DNA of 64,000 nt from NCBI GenBank assembly GCA_003223135.1, contig QHXX01000029.1:11864-75863 (forward strand). Reading direction: 5' to 3'. Origin of the DNA: Acidobacteriota bacterium (lineage in GTDB: Bacteria; Acidobacteriota; Polarisedimenticolia; Gp22-AA2). Of this stretch, positions 39,223 to 52,348 are shown piece by piece. Both the position numbers and the translations under genes were made by a program. Below the pieces are notes generated by a model. It had not been told where the DNA came from, did no database searches, and saw nothing but the letters and a program-made list of their open reading frames with translations. How positions within the stretch are numbered: the stretch's first letter is position 1; each line of letters starts with the position of its first letter.

Positions 39223-40968
39223 GTGACCTTTCCCAAGCTGGTCGTGCACGCCGCGCTGGCCGGGCTCTACGGCGGTCTCGTCGTGGCGCTGTTCCTCCGC
39301 CTGGCCAACCCCGCCGTCGGCGCGGCCGGTGGAGGGCAGGCTCCCACGCTGCTCCTCGTCGTGCTGGCCTACACCCTGGCAGCGGCCGTCGTCTGGCCCG
39401 TTCTCTACGTCGCGCTGCGGTTCTTCGCCAGGCACCGTTTGCGCCTGACCTGGCTCAGCCTGCGCTACCTGATCGGCTTCCACGCCGTGAACACGTCTCT
39501 GATCCTGGGCTCAGGCTGGCTCATCCTGTCGAAGTTTCGGGCGACCCTGGCTCCGCCGGAAGCGGACCGCCTGGCCGCGGCCTGTGGCTGGTTGACGGTC
39601 GCGTGGCTTGCCGCCGCGACGGTCGCGACGGTGCCGCGACTGAGGCGGCGGGTTCACCTGCAGGCCGCCGCCGGTGGACTGGCCCTGGTCGCCCTCCTCG
39701 TCTCCCTCCATGGCGACTCGGCGCGATCGGACGGTGCTTTCGTGACGGGCGCGCTGTCGGAACACGCCACGGAGACCGCATCACGGCCGGCCGGGGCGCC
39801 GCCGACGGGCCCTTCGCCGGCTGAGGCCCGACCTGCATTGACCACCGCACCCCCGGCGCGCCGGCTGGTGCTTCTCAATTTCGACGGGGCCGATCTCGAC
39901 ACCATCCTCACGATGCAGGCGCAGGGCAAGCTTCCGGCCTTCTCGCGATTGGTGCAGGAGGGAACGTATGGCCGCCTGGCATCCATCCTGCCGTGCGTCG
40001 CCTCGGTGACGAGGGCCACGCTGGTCACCGGCATGCTGCCGTACCGGAACGGCGTGCGCAGCGCTCAGGCGCGCAGCGTGCTCGGCGGTGACCCCTGGAT
40101 TGACGTGGTCCCGCCCGGCATCGGGTTCGATGTCGTCCTGGCCCCGGTCCTCGAGCGCCGGGCGACGCGCGTCTCGGACCGGCAGGTGCCGACCTTCTGG
40201 GAGATCAGCGCGCGACTGGGCGGCTTGGGGGAGGCGGCAGGCTGGGACGACGATCAGGATGCCGTGCGTCCCGCGGCGGCGAGCCGCGCCGCACCGGCGG
40301 CGCCGCAGGACTGGATCGCCGATCTTCTCGACCCGGAAGTCCAGCGTCAGAAAGAGCCTGCGGCGCGTGCCCTGGTCGCCGAGGTCGCGCGCGCGGCCGC
40401 GGCGGATGCCTTGGTTCTGGACGCGCTGCAGCGCCTGGAGGAGCACGCCGGCCGCGGGGTGACCGCCGCGTCCTTCCCCGGCCTGGATCGGGTGGCGCAC
40501 ATCTTCCTGCGCTACGCGCGTCCCGCCGACTTCGGCAACGTCTCCCCGCGGGATGTCGATCTCTACGGAGCGATCCTGGAGCGCTATTACCGCAGGATCG
40601 ACGGCATCGTCGGGCGCGCCCTCCAGTCTGAGGGAGCGGGAGCGCTCCTCATGGTCAGCGCGACGCACGGCATCAGGCCGGCGCCTCCGCTGCACCGCCT
40701 GAAGGACGAGATCCTGGGTGGTGAGCATCTGTCGGGAATCCACGAGGACGCGCCGCCAGGATTCCTGTTCGTCCATGGCCGCGACGCGCTGCGCGGGCGC
40801 GTGTTCGGCAAGGGATCGATTGCCGACGTGGCGCCGACGGTTCTCTACGCGCTCGGTCTCCCGGTAGCCCGCGACGCGCACGGCGGCATCCTGGCGCGGG
40901 TGTTCAGCGAAGCCTTCACGGCCACGCATCCCGTGACGGTCATCGGCAGCTACGACACCGACCGCTGA
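39223..40968 (+). CDS. Membrane-anchored alkaline phosphatase/NPP-superfamily protein
   Basis: N-terminal TM helices; FDGAD, DRVAH, ATHG, SGIH, DVAPT. Confidence 0.8.
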   Translation: MTFPKLVVHAALAGLYGGLVVALFLRLANPAVGAAGGGQAPTLLLVVLAYTLAAAVVWPVLYVALRFFARHRLRLTWLSLRYLIGFHAVNTSLILGSGWLILSKFRATLAPPEADRLAAACGWLTVAWLAAATVATVPRLRRRVHLQAAAGGLALVALLVSLHGDSARSDGAFVTGALSEHATETASRPAGAPPTGPSPAEARPALTTAPPARRLVLLNFDGADLDTILTMQAQGKLPAFSRLVQEGTYGRLASILPCVASVTRATLVTGMLPYRNGVRSAQARSVLGGDPWIDVVPPGIGFDVVLAPVLERRATRVSDRQVPTFWEISARLGGLGEAAGWDDDQDAVRPAAASRAAPAAPQDWIADLLDPEVQRQKEPAARALVAEVARAAAADALVLDALQRLEEHAGRGVTAASFPGLDRVAHIFLRYARPADFGNVSPRDVDLYGAILERYYRRIDGIVGRALQSEGAGALLMVSATHGIRPAPPLHRLKDEILGGEHLSGIHEDAPPGFLFVHGRDALRGRVFGKGSIADVAPTVLYALGLPVARDAHGGILARVFSEAFTATHPVTVIGSYDTDR

Positions 40969-41078
40969 CCGCGGGCGATCGTCGACTGAAGGTCCACATT
41001 TTGAGGGGCATGCGAGGGCCGCCGTAATTCCGGCGCGGCCCGCGGCCCGATTCAGCCCGCGGGCGACGTGGGCCGCCT

Positions 41079-43513
<2,435 letters not shown>

Positions 43514-43524
<11 letters not shown>

Positions 43525-44821
43525 AGGAGGCCGGGTCATCGACCCGGCGACGAAGACCGACGCCGTCATGGACCTGCTGATCACCGACGGCCGGATCGCC
43601 GAGAGACGGCCGCCCGAGAAGGGACGCGGCGGTGCGCCCGCGGGCGCGCGGGTCCTGGACGCGGCGGGCCTCTGGGTCTGCCCCGGTCTCGTGGACATGC
43701 ACGTGCACCTGCGCGAGCCGGGACAGGAGCACAAGGAGACGATCGAGAGCGGGACGCGCGCCGCGGCGGCGGGCGGCTTCACCTCCATCGCATGCATGCC
43801 GAACACCGATCCCTGGAACGACTCCCTGTCGGTCACGGAGTACATCGTGGCCGAAGCGCGCCGTAAGGGGGTCGTCAACGTCCACCCGATCGGCAGCGTC
43901 AGCAAGGGCGGCCGGGGCGAGGAGCTGGCGGAGATCGGCGACATGGTGCATTCGGGGACGGTGGCGGTGTCGGACGACGGTCGGCCGGTCGGCAACAGCT
44001 ACCTTCTGCGCATGGCGCTGGAGTACACGAAGATCTTCGGTATCCCGGTCATCGACCATTGCGAAGACAGGACTCTGAGCGCCACGGGCGTGATGCACGA
44101 GGGGTACGTCTCGACGGTCCTCGGTCTCGAGGGGATCCCGGCGGCGTCGGAGGAGATCGCCGTGGCCAGGGATCTGGCCGTCGCCGCGATGACCAAGGGT
44201 CGGCTGCACCTGGCGCACCTGAGCACGAGGGGAAGCCTCGAGAAGGTGCGGCGCGCGAAGGAGGACGGTGTTGTGGTCACCTGCGAGGCGACGCCGCATC
44301 ACCTGGTCCTCACCGACCAGGCGGTCGCGGACGCCGACTACGACCCGAACACCAAGATGAATCCGCCGCTCCGCGGCGAGGACGACCGGCAGGCCCTCCT
44401 CGAGGGGCTCAGGGACGGCACGATCGACGCCATCGCATCGGACCACGCTCCGCACCACGCGGACGAGAAGCTGGTGGAGTTCGACGACGCGCCGTTCGGG
44501 GTCATCGGGCTGGAGACCACGGTGCCGCTGATCATGGATCGCTGTGTGCGTGCGGGCGTTCTCACGCCGGCCCGCTTCGTGGAGCTTTTGTCGCTCGGCC
44601 CGGCCCGCATCCTGGGGATCAAGAAAGGGACCCTGGAGGTCGGGGCCGACGCCGACGTCACGGTCATCGATCCCGGCCTGGTGCGCAAGGTGGACGTGTC
44701 GCAGTTCCAGTCGAAGTCGCGCAACTGCCCGTTCCACGGCTTCTCACTGAGCGGCTGGCCGGTCGCCACCGTGGTGGGCGGCCGTGTCGTCCACGAGCTG
44801 CAGCCCGCCGCGACCCGCTGA
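43514..44821 (+). CDS. pyrC: Dihydroorotase
   Basis: [27 protein letters not shown]. Confidence 0.96.
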
Positions 44822-44825
44822 GTCG

Positions 44826-46646
44826 ATGATCGTCGAGCGGGTCGCGGCACACCACAGGCGAAAGCCCGGCCCCGGGCCACGCCCCGCCCGTCTCCTCGGC
44901 CTGGGTGTTCTGACGGCGCTTGTCCTGGTCATGGGCTGCGCCGGCCGCTTCGATCCCGCGCACCAAGACGTCATCCTGATCGTCGTGGACACGCTGCGCG
45001 CGGACCACCTGGGCGTCTACGGGTACGACCGCGGCACGTCACCGCGCGTCGACGGGCTGGCACGGCGGGCGACCGTGTTCGATGCGGCCTGGTCGACCGC
45101 GCCCTGGACGCTGCCTTCGGTGACCTCGATGATGACGTCCCGCTATCCGTCGAGCCACAGGGTCGAGAACGACGGTCTGAAGCTTGGAGCCGAGGTCCCG
45201 ACTCTCGCCGAGACGCTCGGGCGGGCCGGCTACGCCACCGGCGGCTTCGTGTCGCACGTGTACGTCGCCGCACCGTTCGGCCTGGCGCGCGGCTTCGGGA
45301 CCTTCGAGGACTTCGGCGTGTCGAAACCGGGCTATCGGCTCGAGGCCGGCATGGAGCCGAGGGCCGACCGCGTCACCGACGCGGCCCTGGCCTGGCTCGG
45401 GCGCCAGGCGCGCAGGCCCGTCTTCCTGTTCGTACACTACTTCGATCCGCACTGGCCGTACGACCCGCCCGAGAGGTTTCGGGCGCTGTACCCGGACGAT
45501 TACCGAGGTCCGTTCGACGCGACATACGACTCGATCTCCAAGTTCCAGGACCCCCGGAGGCCGTTGCCGGACGACTACCGCCGCTTCCTGCTCGACCGGT
45601 ATGACGGCGAGATCCGCTTCGTGGATGAGCAGATCGGCCGTCTCCTGGATGGTCTCGTCGCCTTGGGGCGCGGGTCGCGCGCCTGGGTCGTGGTCACGGC
45701 CGACCACGGCGAAGAGTTCAAGGACCATGGCTCGATGGGGCACGGCCGCCGGCTCTACGAGGAGGTGGTCCGCGTCCCCTTGATCGTGGGCCGCGTGTCG
45801 CCGACCGGCGCCGCGGCCCCGGACCGCGTGCGCGTGCCGGTCAGCGGCATCGATCTCCTCCCCACGATCGCCGGGCTCGCCGGCGTCGGGGCGCCGGCGG
45901 GCGCGCAGGGAAGGAGCCTGGCGCCGCTCCTTGACGAGGCGGGCGCCTTGCCTGCCGCCGACCGGCCGCTGGTGTGCGAGACGATCCGGCTGAACGCTCA
46001 CCTCAAGGCGGTCCGCCGGGGACCTTTGAAGCTGATCCAGTCGATGGACGAGAATCGCACCGAGATGTACGACCTCGACACCGATCCGCGTGAAGGCGAC
46101 GACCTGTCGGAGCGGCGGCCGGACGAAAGGCGGGCCCTGGCGCGGGCCCTGTTCTCGCAGGTCGATTTCCTTTCCGGTGGCTGGAACGTCCGCTGGAGCA
46201 GCGACGGAAGCAAGCACCGCTTCCAGGGGCAGATCCGCACGAAGGGGATCTTCCGCACGGTCGTGCCGCTGTTCCGGGAGCGCGGCAAGTATGTGTTGGA
46301 GTCGCCGGGCATCCTGAATTTCTCGGACGTGGACCAGACGGGCGCCAGCGGCCTGTCGTTCACGACCGCACCGGAGGACGCCGGCGCGGAGTTCTATCTT
46401 CTGATCGACGGCAGGCCGCTGCCGGAACGCGTCTTCCTGGGCGGCAATGAGCACAACCCGCGTGCCTTGCCGTTCCCGCTGGAGGGACGGCCGACGGTCG
46501 ACGCCGCTTTCACGAAACCGCCCCGCGCCGACGGCCGTGACCTCGGATACTTCATCTGGCGTCTACGTCCGGCCGGGCCGGACCAGGGCGTCGTCCTGGA
46601 CGACGAGATCCGGGAACAACTAAGATCCCTCGGCTACGTCAACTGA
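44826..46646 (+). CDS. Sulfatase-like hydrolase/transferase, probable lipoprotein
   Basis: VMGC lipobox-like; VDTLRADH, WTLPS, FDPH, ADHGEE, C-terminal LRSLGY. Confidence 0.88.
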   Translation: MIVERVAAHHRRKPGPGPRPARLLGLGVLTALVLVMGCAGRFDPAHQDVILIVVDTLRADHLGVYGYDRGTSPRVDGLARRATVFDAAWSTAPWTLPSVTSMMTSRYPSSHRVENDGLKLGAEVPTLAETLGRAGYATGGFVSHVYVAAPFGLARGFGTFEDFGVSKPGYRLEAGMEPRADRVTDAALAWLGRQARRPVFLFVHYFDPHWPYDPPERFRALYPDDYRGPFDATYDSISKFQDPRRPLPDDYRRFLLDRYDGEIRFVDEQIGRLLDGLVALGRGSRAWVVVTADHGEEFKDHGSMGHGRRLYEEVVRVPLIVGRVSPTGAAAPDRVRVPVSGIDLLPTIAGLAGVGAPAGAQGRSLAPLLDEAGALPAADRPLVCETIRLNAHLKAVRRGPLKLIQSMDENRTEMYDLDTDPREGDDLSERRPDERRALARALFSQVDFLSGGWNVRWSSDGSKHRFQGQIRTKGIFRTVVPLFRERGKYVLESPGILNFSDVDQTGASGLSFTTAPEDAGAEFYLLIDGRPLPERVFLGGNEHNPRALPFPLEGRPTVDAAFTKPPRADGRDLGYFIWRLRPAGPDQGVVLDDEIREQLRSLGYVN

Positions 46647-46655
46647 GGCGGCGGC

Positions 46656-48713
46656 GTGCGGCGGAGGAGCATGCGAGTGGCGGCACAAGGGACAGCCGAT
46701 CATCCAGGCGGACCGCTCGGCGTCTTTCTGCGGATGGCCGCGATCCCTCTCGCGGCCGCGCTGGCGCTCATGGGCCAGGTCGTGCTGTCGCGGCCCGGAG
46801 GGTACTCCAGGAGCCTGCTGCCGGGAGCGGCGCTCCTGGCGCTGGCCCTGGCGCTCCTAATCTTTGTCCTGGCGCGCCGGCGTTTCGAGGACGCGGAGGA
46901 GCCGAGGGGCGGGAAGCGGACGGCCGCCGGCCTGCGCGATCTCCCGCCGGGCCTGGAATGGACGCTCATCGCGCTTATCGTCTTCGGCGGGCTCTACCTT
47001 CGCCTGTACCGCATCGACCTCGTGCCGTGGGGCCTGAACAACGACGAGGCGATCAACGCCCTCGAGATCAAGGACATCATGGACGGCCGCCCGTTCGCGA
47101 CCCTGACCCAGCGCGGTCTCAACCGCGAGACCATGTTCCATTATCTCGGGGCGTTCGCGTTCGGGAGCGGGGAGATCGAGATCAATCTCCTGAAGGCCAT
47201 GCCGGCCGTGTTCGGGCTGACTCGGAAGTTCGTGGACGATCCCCTGATGGCCCTGGTCTTTCCCCTGCGCAGCGTGGCGATCGCGGCTGGGACGCTGACG
47301 CTTTTGGCGCTGTACCTGTTCGCCCGCGATCGGTTCGGCTGGCTCGTCGCCCTCCTGGCGACGGCGTTTCTGGCCGTGTCCCCCTGGCACCTGCTGTACA
47401 GCCGGGTCGGCGAGCGCGCGATCCTGGCACCGCTGTTCGCCATCGCGACCATCGGCTTCTTCCTGAGGGCCCTGGAGACGGGACGGATGCCCGATCACGT
47501 CGCCTGGGGCGTCTGCCTGGGCCTGGGTCTCTGGAGCTACACCTCGTTCCGCGCCATCCCCATCGCGATGGTCGGCTTCGTGCTTCTGCGACGGCCGCTT
47601 GGATGGGTCGCGGGAACCGCCGCCCAGGCGCGCGCCCCCCGCGCCCTCCTCATCGCCGCGGGCGTCGCGGCGGCGGTCCTCGGCCTGCTGATGGTGTTCT
47701 CCGGTCTCGGTCCGGTCGCGTTCCTGACGCGCGGCGCGTATGCCTCCTTGATCGTGCCGAAGGCGAACTTCCCTCTGAACATCCTGACATCGGGCCTCAT
47801 GGCGCATTACGTTCCATGGCGCTACGCCGTCATCCAGAGCGAGGCGTTCATCAGCGACGGGATGAGCGCCGTCTACGGCCTCATCGGGCTGGCGCCGGAG
47901 ACCACGGTCGTTGCGGCGCTGTCGGCGCTCGGGATCGTCTACGCGGCGTGGCGCGCCTTGCGAAGACAGGACGCGGCCTGCGGGCTCCTCGTCCTGTGCT
48001 TCCTGGCGCTCGTGCTCACCGTCGGCGTCGCCGGGCCGAGTCTGACGCGCATGCTCGTGAACGTCCCGTGGCTGTGCCTGTTCGGGGCGCTCATCGCGAG
48101 ACGCCTGCTCGAGGACGTGGCGGCCCTGCGTCCGCCTCTCACCGTCTGGCTCGGGGCGCTTCTGGTCGCCCCCCTCGTCGCCTGGAGCGCGGCGCAGGGG
48201 TACTCGAATTATTTCCTGCGCGCCGGGAAGTCCGAGCAGGCGATGCAGCACTTCGGCGCCCCGCAGACGATCATGGGGATGTTCGTTCGCACCCTGCCGT
48301 CGGATCGGGTGGTCTATGTCCTGCACACTCTGCGGGTCGACACCCTGAGGTACCTGATCGGGAACCGTCCCAACGTCTCCCTGGTGAGCGACCCCTCGAC
48401 GCTCGATCTCGACGGCATCATCAAGATGCCCACGAGCGCGACGCTCGTCATCGAGTACGCCCGCCCCTTCGCCGAGACGCTGCGCTACCTGATCATGCGC
48501 TACCCGCTCGGCGACGCCACCCAGATCGCCGACGCCCGACTCGATCCCGACAAGATCATCTTCTACACCTACACGCTCTGGAAGGACGAGACCGGACAGC
48601 CGATGCCGCCGCCCGACGCCTTCCCGGGCGCGCCGCCCCGCGGCGCGCCATCTCCCGGCGACGTCCCGCCGCTGGTCCCGCCGGGGGAGGGGCCGCCCCG
48701 GGGACGGCCATAA
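46656..48713 (+). CDS. GT-C (GT39-like) membrane glycosyltransferase
   Basis: GLNNDEA loop, SPWHLLYSR, many TM helices. Confidence 0.8.
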   Translation: MRRRSMRVAAQGTADHPGGPLGVFLRMAAIPLAAALALMGQVVLSRPGGYSRSLLPGAALLALALALLIFVLARRRFEDAEEPRGGKRTAAGLRDLPPGLEWTLIALIVFGGLYLRLYRIDLVPWGLNNDEAINALEIKDIMDGRPFATLTQRGLNRETMFHYLGAFAFGSGEIEINLLKAMPAVFGLTRKFVDDPLMALVFPLRSVAIAAGTLTLLALYLFARDRFGWLVALLATAFLAVSPWHLLYSRVGERAILAPLFAIATIGFFLRALETGRMPDHVAWGVCLGLGLWSYTSFRAIPIAMVGFVLLRRPLGWVAGTAAQARAPRALLIAAGVAAAVLGLLMVFSGLGPVAFLTRGAYASLIVPKANFPLNILTSGLMAHYVPWRYAVIQSEAFISDGMSAVYGLIGLAPETTVVAALSALGIVYAAWRALRRQDAACGLLVLCFLALVLTVGVAGPSLTRMLVNVPWLCLFGALIARRLLEDVAALRPPLTVWLGALLVAPLVAWSAAQGYSNYFLRAGKSEQAMQHFGAPQTIMGMFVRTLPSDRVVYVLHTLRVDTLRYLIGNRPNVSLVSDPSTLDLDGIIKMPTSATLVIEYARPFAETLRYLIMRYPLGDATQIADARLDPDKIIFYTYTLWKDETGQPMPPPDAFPGAPPRGAPSPGDVPPLVPPGEGPPRGRP

Positions 48714-48725
48714 GCATCGACGGAG

Positions 48726-51700
48726 TCAGTTCCCGACGAGGCGCTCGGGAGGGGCTCCCGCCACGACCGTCACGAGATTGTCGTCGGGGTCGCGATCGAT
48801 CAGCTTGTTGAACGGATCGACGCCGGCCTTCTTCGGCGCCTGATCCACCACCATCTCGAAGGTCGCGCTGGCGCTGTCGACGTGGCGCTTTTCCATGGCC
48901 AGGAGGCGGCCTTCGGAAGGGCCCTTCGGATCGCGCTCGCCGAACACACCGATATCGATCCAGTCGTCGAGCGCGTCGGGCGTCTCCTTCCCCTTGCCGT
49001 CGGCCCGGTACTTCGCCGCTTCGACCTCGATGCGCACGATGTACCTGCCATCCTCGCGCTTCGACCAGGTCGCCTTCGTCGTCTTGTTCGCGTACAGCGT
49101 GATGTTACGGAACAGGTCGTCGAGGATCGCCTGCCGATCGGGCGGCACGGCCTTCTTGACGAAGTCGAGGAATTCCAGCGAGTCGGTGTACGGCGGCTTC
49201 TGGAATGCCATCGCGCGGACGTACTCCGAAAGCGCGTGATTGAGGGCCTCTTCACCGACGTAGTCCTTGAGCGCGTACATCACCAGGCTGCCCTTGCGGT
49301 AATGGATGTAGGGCTGGTCCTCGACGAGGTAGATCGGCAGCTCCTCGATCCGCTCCCCGCCGCGGCCCTGCAGGTAGCGGTCCAGTTCGTACTTCAGGAA
49401 GCGCCGCATCTTGTCACGCCCGTACTCGCGCTCCATGACCATGAAGGCGGAGTACTGGGAGAGCGTCTCGGACAAAAGCGTCGCCCCCTGCACGTTGCCG
49501 CCCACGACTTGATGCCCCCACCACTGGTGCGCCACTTCGTGCGCCGTGACGTAGGAGACGTAGTCGAGGGCGTCCGGACGGTCGTCGAGCCGGGCGATGA
49601 AGCCGATGCTCTCCGAGAACGGGATGGTGTTCGGCATCGATGAGGCGAAGCGGGCGTAGCGCGGGAACTCGACGATGCGCACCTGGTGATGCTGGTAGGG
49701 ACCAAAGTTGGCGGTGAAGTAATCCAGAGATTTCTTCACGGCGTCGATCATCCGGTCGACGTTGTAGGCATGATCCGGGTGGTAATCGATCTCGATGTCG
49801 ACATCCTTCCACCGGTCGCGCTTGACGGCGTATCGCGCCGACAGGTATCCGAAGAAGTCGAAGATGGGGGAGTCCATCTCATAGCGGAAATAGCGCCGGC
49901 CGTTCTCGGTCCACTCGCGCGAAAGATACCCCGGGGCGATGGCGATCTGGTCGGGGCTGGTGCTGACCGTGGTGGCGAAGCGCAGCCAATCGGCCTCGCT
50001 GGAGAGATAGTTGTCGGCGCGCGCGGCGGTGTCGCCGATCTTGGGGAAGCGCTGCACCGGCGGAAGGTCGCGGCGCCGGCGCTCGTTCGGATCGCCCAGC
50101 TCGGCGCGTTTGACGTAACCCACGTGGGGGAAGAAAACGATGTTGTCGAAGAAAGTGCCGTTGGAGACGATCTCGTTGCGGCTTCCATTATTCACGAAGC
50201 CGCGGTTCTCGATCGCCAGATCGTAGGTCACCTGCATCGCCGCCCCCGGGGGAAGGGGCGGCTCGAGACGGTAGATGCGATAGCCGAGGTCTTCATCCTG
50301 CATCTCGAGCGCGCCGCCCGCCGGCCGGAGGGAATGAACGGTCACCTCGGGGTTCAAATAAAGATGCAGACGATCGATCGGGCCGCCCGTCTTGTTCTGC
50401 AGCGTGTAGCGGCCACGAATCTTGACCAGGCGGGTCTCGGGATAGATATCGACATCGGCGTCAACATCGGTGATGCGCGGTTGCGGCAGGCCGAGGTATT
50501 GCCGGTACTTCTTCTCGTACGCGGCCTGGCGGTCATAGCGCGCCTTGGTGGGAAGGTACCGGTTGAGGACGTTGGTGTTGTAGTAGATGAAGCCGCCGGC
50601 GAGGACGGCTCCGGCCATGGTGGTCAGAAGGGCCGTGGCCGCCGGCCGGGTCAGACGCCTGCGCGCCAGTCGCGCGCGGAGCGCGAACGAAGTGTGCGCC
50701 CCGCGCACCCAGAACAGGTGCGCCACGACCACGAGCGCCGCGCACACCAGGCCCCAGTAGAGGTAGAACCAGGCGAGCGGCTGCACGAAGTGCCCGTACC
50801 CGTTCATGTCGGAATAGGGCGCCTCGGGCGCGGTCCCGAAGCGGTACAGGTGGTGCTCGAGCCTTAGGGCGGGCAGGACGAACCCTGCGATGTAGAACAG
50901 GCTCGACACCAGCCACCCCAGGAATTTGTTGTCGAGCAGCACCTGCACGAAGAGACAGAGCGCGGCGAAGAACAGGAAGGTGGGCATGTCGACGAGGAAC
51001 AGGCCCTTCAGATAGAGCGGGATCTCGAAGTGCGTGTAACCCGACGACGCCTGGATTCCCATGCACGCCAGCATGACCACCACGAGCATCGTCGCGAGAA
51101 CCGCGACCAGCGCTCCCAGCTTCGAGGCCCAGGCCACCCACGTCCGGACCGGCAGGGCGTCGAGCATTTCCGACATGCGCAGAGTGCGCTCGCGCCACAC
51201 CATCTCGCCGCTGTAGAAGGTGAGGATGAGGAACACGAACAGCGCGAAGGAGCTGATCACCGCACGCAGCATGAGGTTTGTGACGGGATAGATCTTCGTG
51301 CCGTAGAGATCATCCATGGAGTAGGTCGAACCGAAGACGTTCACGAGCCCGGCGAACAACATGATCACAAACGGCACGCCGCGCAGGGCATCGGTCGTCT
51401 CGATGCGCGTCTGGCGCAGCAGCTGCGTCCAGGTCGTGGACGCGCCGAATCGCGGGGCGACGGCGGGCCGCGCGCCGGCCGGCGCAGGCGCTGCCGGAGC
51501 GTCGGCCGCCGGCTCCCGGCGCCTTCGGCGGCCCGTGCCGCCGGCGGCGGTCGTGAACTTGAAGCGAACCCACGTGAACAGCATCACCGCCGCGGCCACT
51601 CCCAGCCACAGGAGCCGGTTCTCGAGGAGGATCCCCCGCAACGGCATCGGCCCGGTGTTCTTCTCGGCCACCGTCCAGTAGCGCGTCACCAGCTCGAACG

Positions 51701-52343
51701 CCCCAAAGCCGTAGGGATCGACGATGGCGGCGAGGGTGCGATTCTCCAGGTCGCCCAGGAAGATGCCGGAAATGGCGTAGGCGACGAAGAACACCACGAC
51801 ACCGGCGTAGGTATAGAGAAGACTCCGGGTTAAAGTCGCCAGCGCGAAGAAGATCGCACCGGTGATGATGACGTTCGGGAGCACGAAGGCCAGCATCGAG
51901 AAGACGTAGGGCGCGAACTGGAACGGCCCCACGCGCTCGGGCTCGAGCCAGGGCATGAGCCCGCCGATCCCAACCGCGAGCAGGACCGCGATGTACACCA
52001 GCCACGACACTGCGAGGGAGCCGAACAGGCGTCCGAACAGATAATCGCCCTTGCGCAGCGGCAGCGAGAAGAAGATGGCGTCCGCCTGGCTCTCGAAGTC
52101 GCGATAGACGCTGTTGGCGGCGAACGCGGTGGTCAGAAAAGTACCGATGACCGTCATGACCAGAAGAATCTGCATCAGGACGAAGGGGGCGTTCCGGTTG
52201 ACGCTGCCGATCGATCCTCCGATCGAGACGACGTCGGTGGTCACGGCGCCGAAGGTCAAAAGGAAGAAAAACGCCGCGGCGAACCAGAACAGCGGCTGGC
52301 GCAGCTGGTAGCGGACCTCGAAGGCGAAGATGCGGCCGAGCAT
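48726..52343 (-). CDS. ABC-2 permease fused to M1-family aminopeptidase
   Basis: Two permease-like TM blocks, then AHEVAHQWWG...LSE zinc motif and IHYRKG. Confidence 0.9.
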   Translation of the reverse strand: MLGRIFAFEVRYQLRQPLFWFAAAFFFLLTFGAVTTDVVSIGGSIGSVNRNAPFVLMQILLVMTVIGTFLTTAFAANSVYRDFESQADAIFFSLPLRKGDYLFGRLFGSLAVSWLVYIAVLLAVGIGGLMPWLEPERVGPFQFAPYVFSMLAFVLPNVIITGAIFFALATLTRSLLYTYAGVVVFFVAYAISGIFLGDLENRTLAAIVDPYGFGAFELVTRYWTVAEKNTGPMPLRGILLENRLLWLGVAAAVMLFTWVRFKFTTAAGGTGRRRRREPAADAPAAPAPAGARPAVAPRFGASTTWTQLLRQTRIETTDALRGVPFVIMLFAGLVNVFGSTYSMDDLYGTKIYPVTNLMLRAVISSFALFVFLILTFYSGEMVWRERTLRMSEMLDALPVRTWVAWASKLGALVAVLATMLVVVMLACMGIQASSGYTHFEIPLYLKGLFLVDMPTFLFFAALCLFVQVLLDNKFLGWLVSSLFYIAGFVLPALRLEHHLYRFGTAPEAPYSDMNGYGHFVQPLAWFYLYWGLVCAALVVVAHLFWVRGAHTSFALRARLARRRLTRPAATALLTTMAGAVLAGGFIYYNTNVLNRYLPTKARYDRQAAYEKKYRQYLGLPQPRITDVDADVDIYPETRLVKIRGRYTLQNKTGGPIDRLHLYLNPEVTVHSLRPAGGALEMQDEDLGYRIYRLEPPLPPGAAMQVTYDLAIENRGFVNNGSRNEIVSNGTFFDNIVFFPHVGYVKRAELGDPNERRRRDLPPVQRFPKIGDTAARADNYLSSEADWLRFATTVSTSPDQIAIAPGYLSREWTENGRRYFRYEMDSPIFDFFGYLSARYAVKRDRWKDVDIEIDYHPDHAYNVDRMIDAVKKSLDYFTANFGPYQHHQVRIVEFPRYARFASSMPNTIPFSESIGFIARLDDRPDALDYVSYVTAHEVAHQWWGHQVVGGNVQGATLLSETLSQYSAFMVMEREYGRDKMRRFLKYELDRYLQGRGGERIEELPIYLVEDQPYIHYRKGSLVMYALKDYVGEEALNHALSEYVRAMAFQKPPYTDSLEFLDFVKKAVPPDRQAILDDLFRNITLYANKTTKATWSKREDGRYIVRIEVEAAKYRADGKGKETPDALDDWIDIGVFGERDPKGPSEGRLLAMEKRHVDSASATFEMVVDQAPKKAGVDPFNKLIDRDPDDNLVTVVAGAPPERLVGN

Positions 52344-52348
52344 CGGCC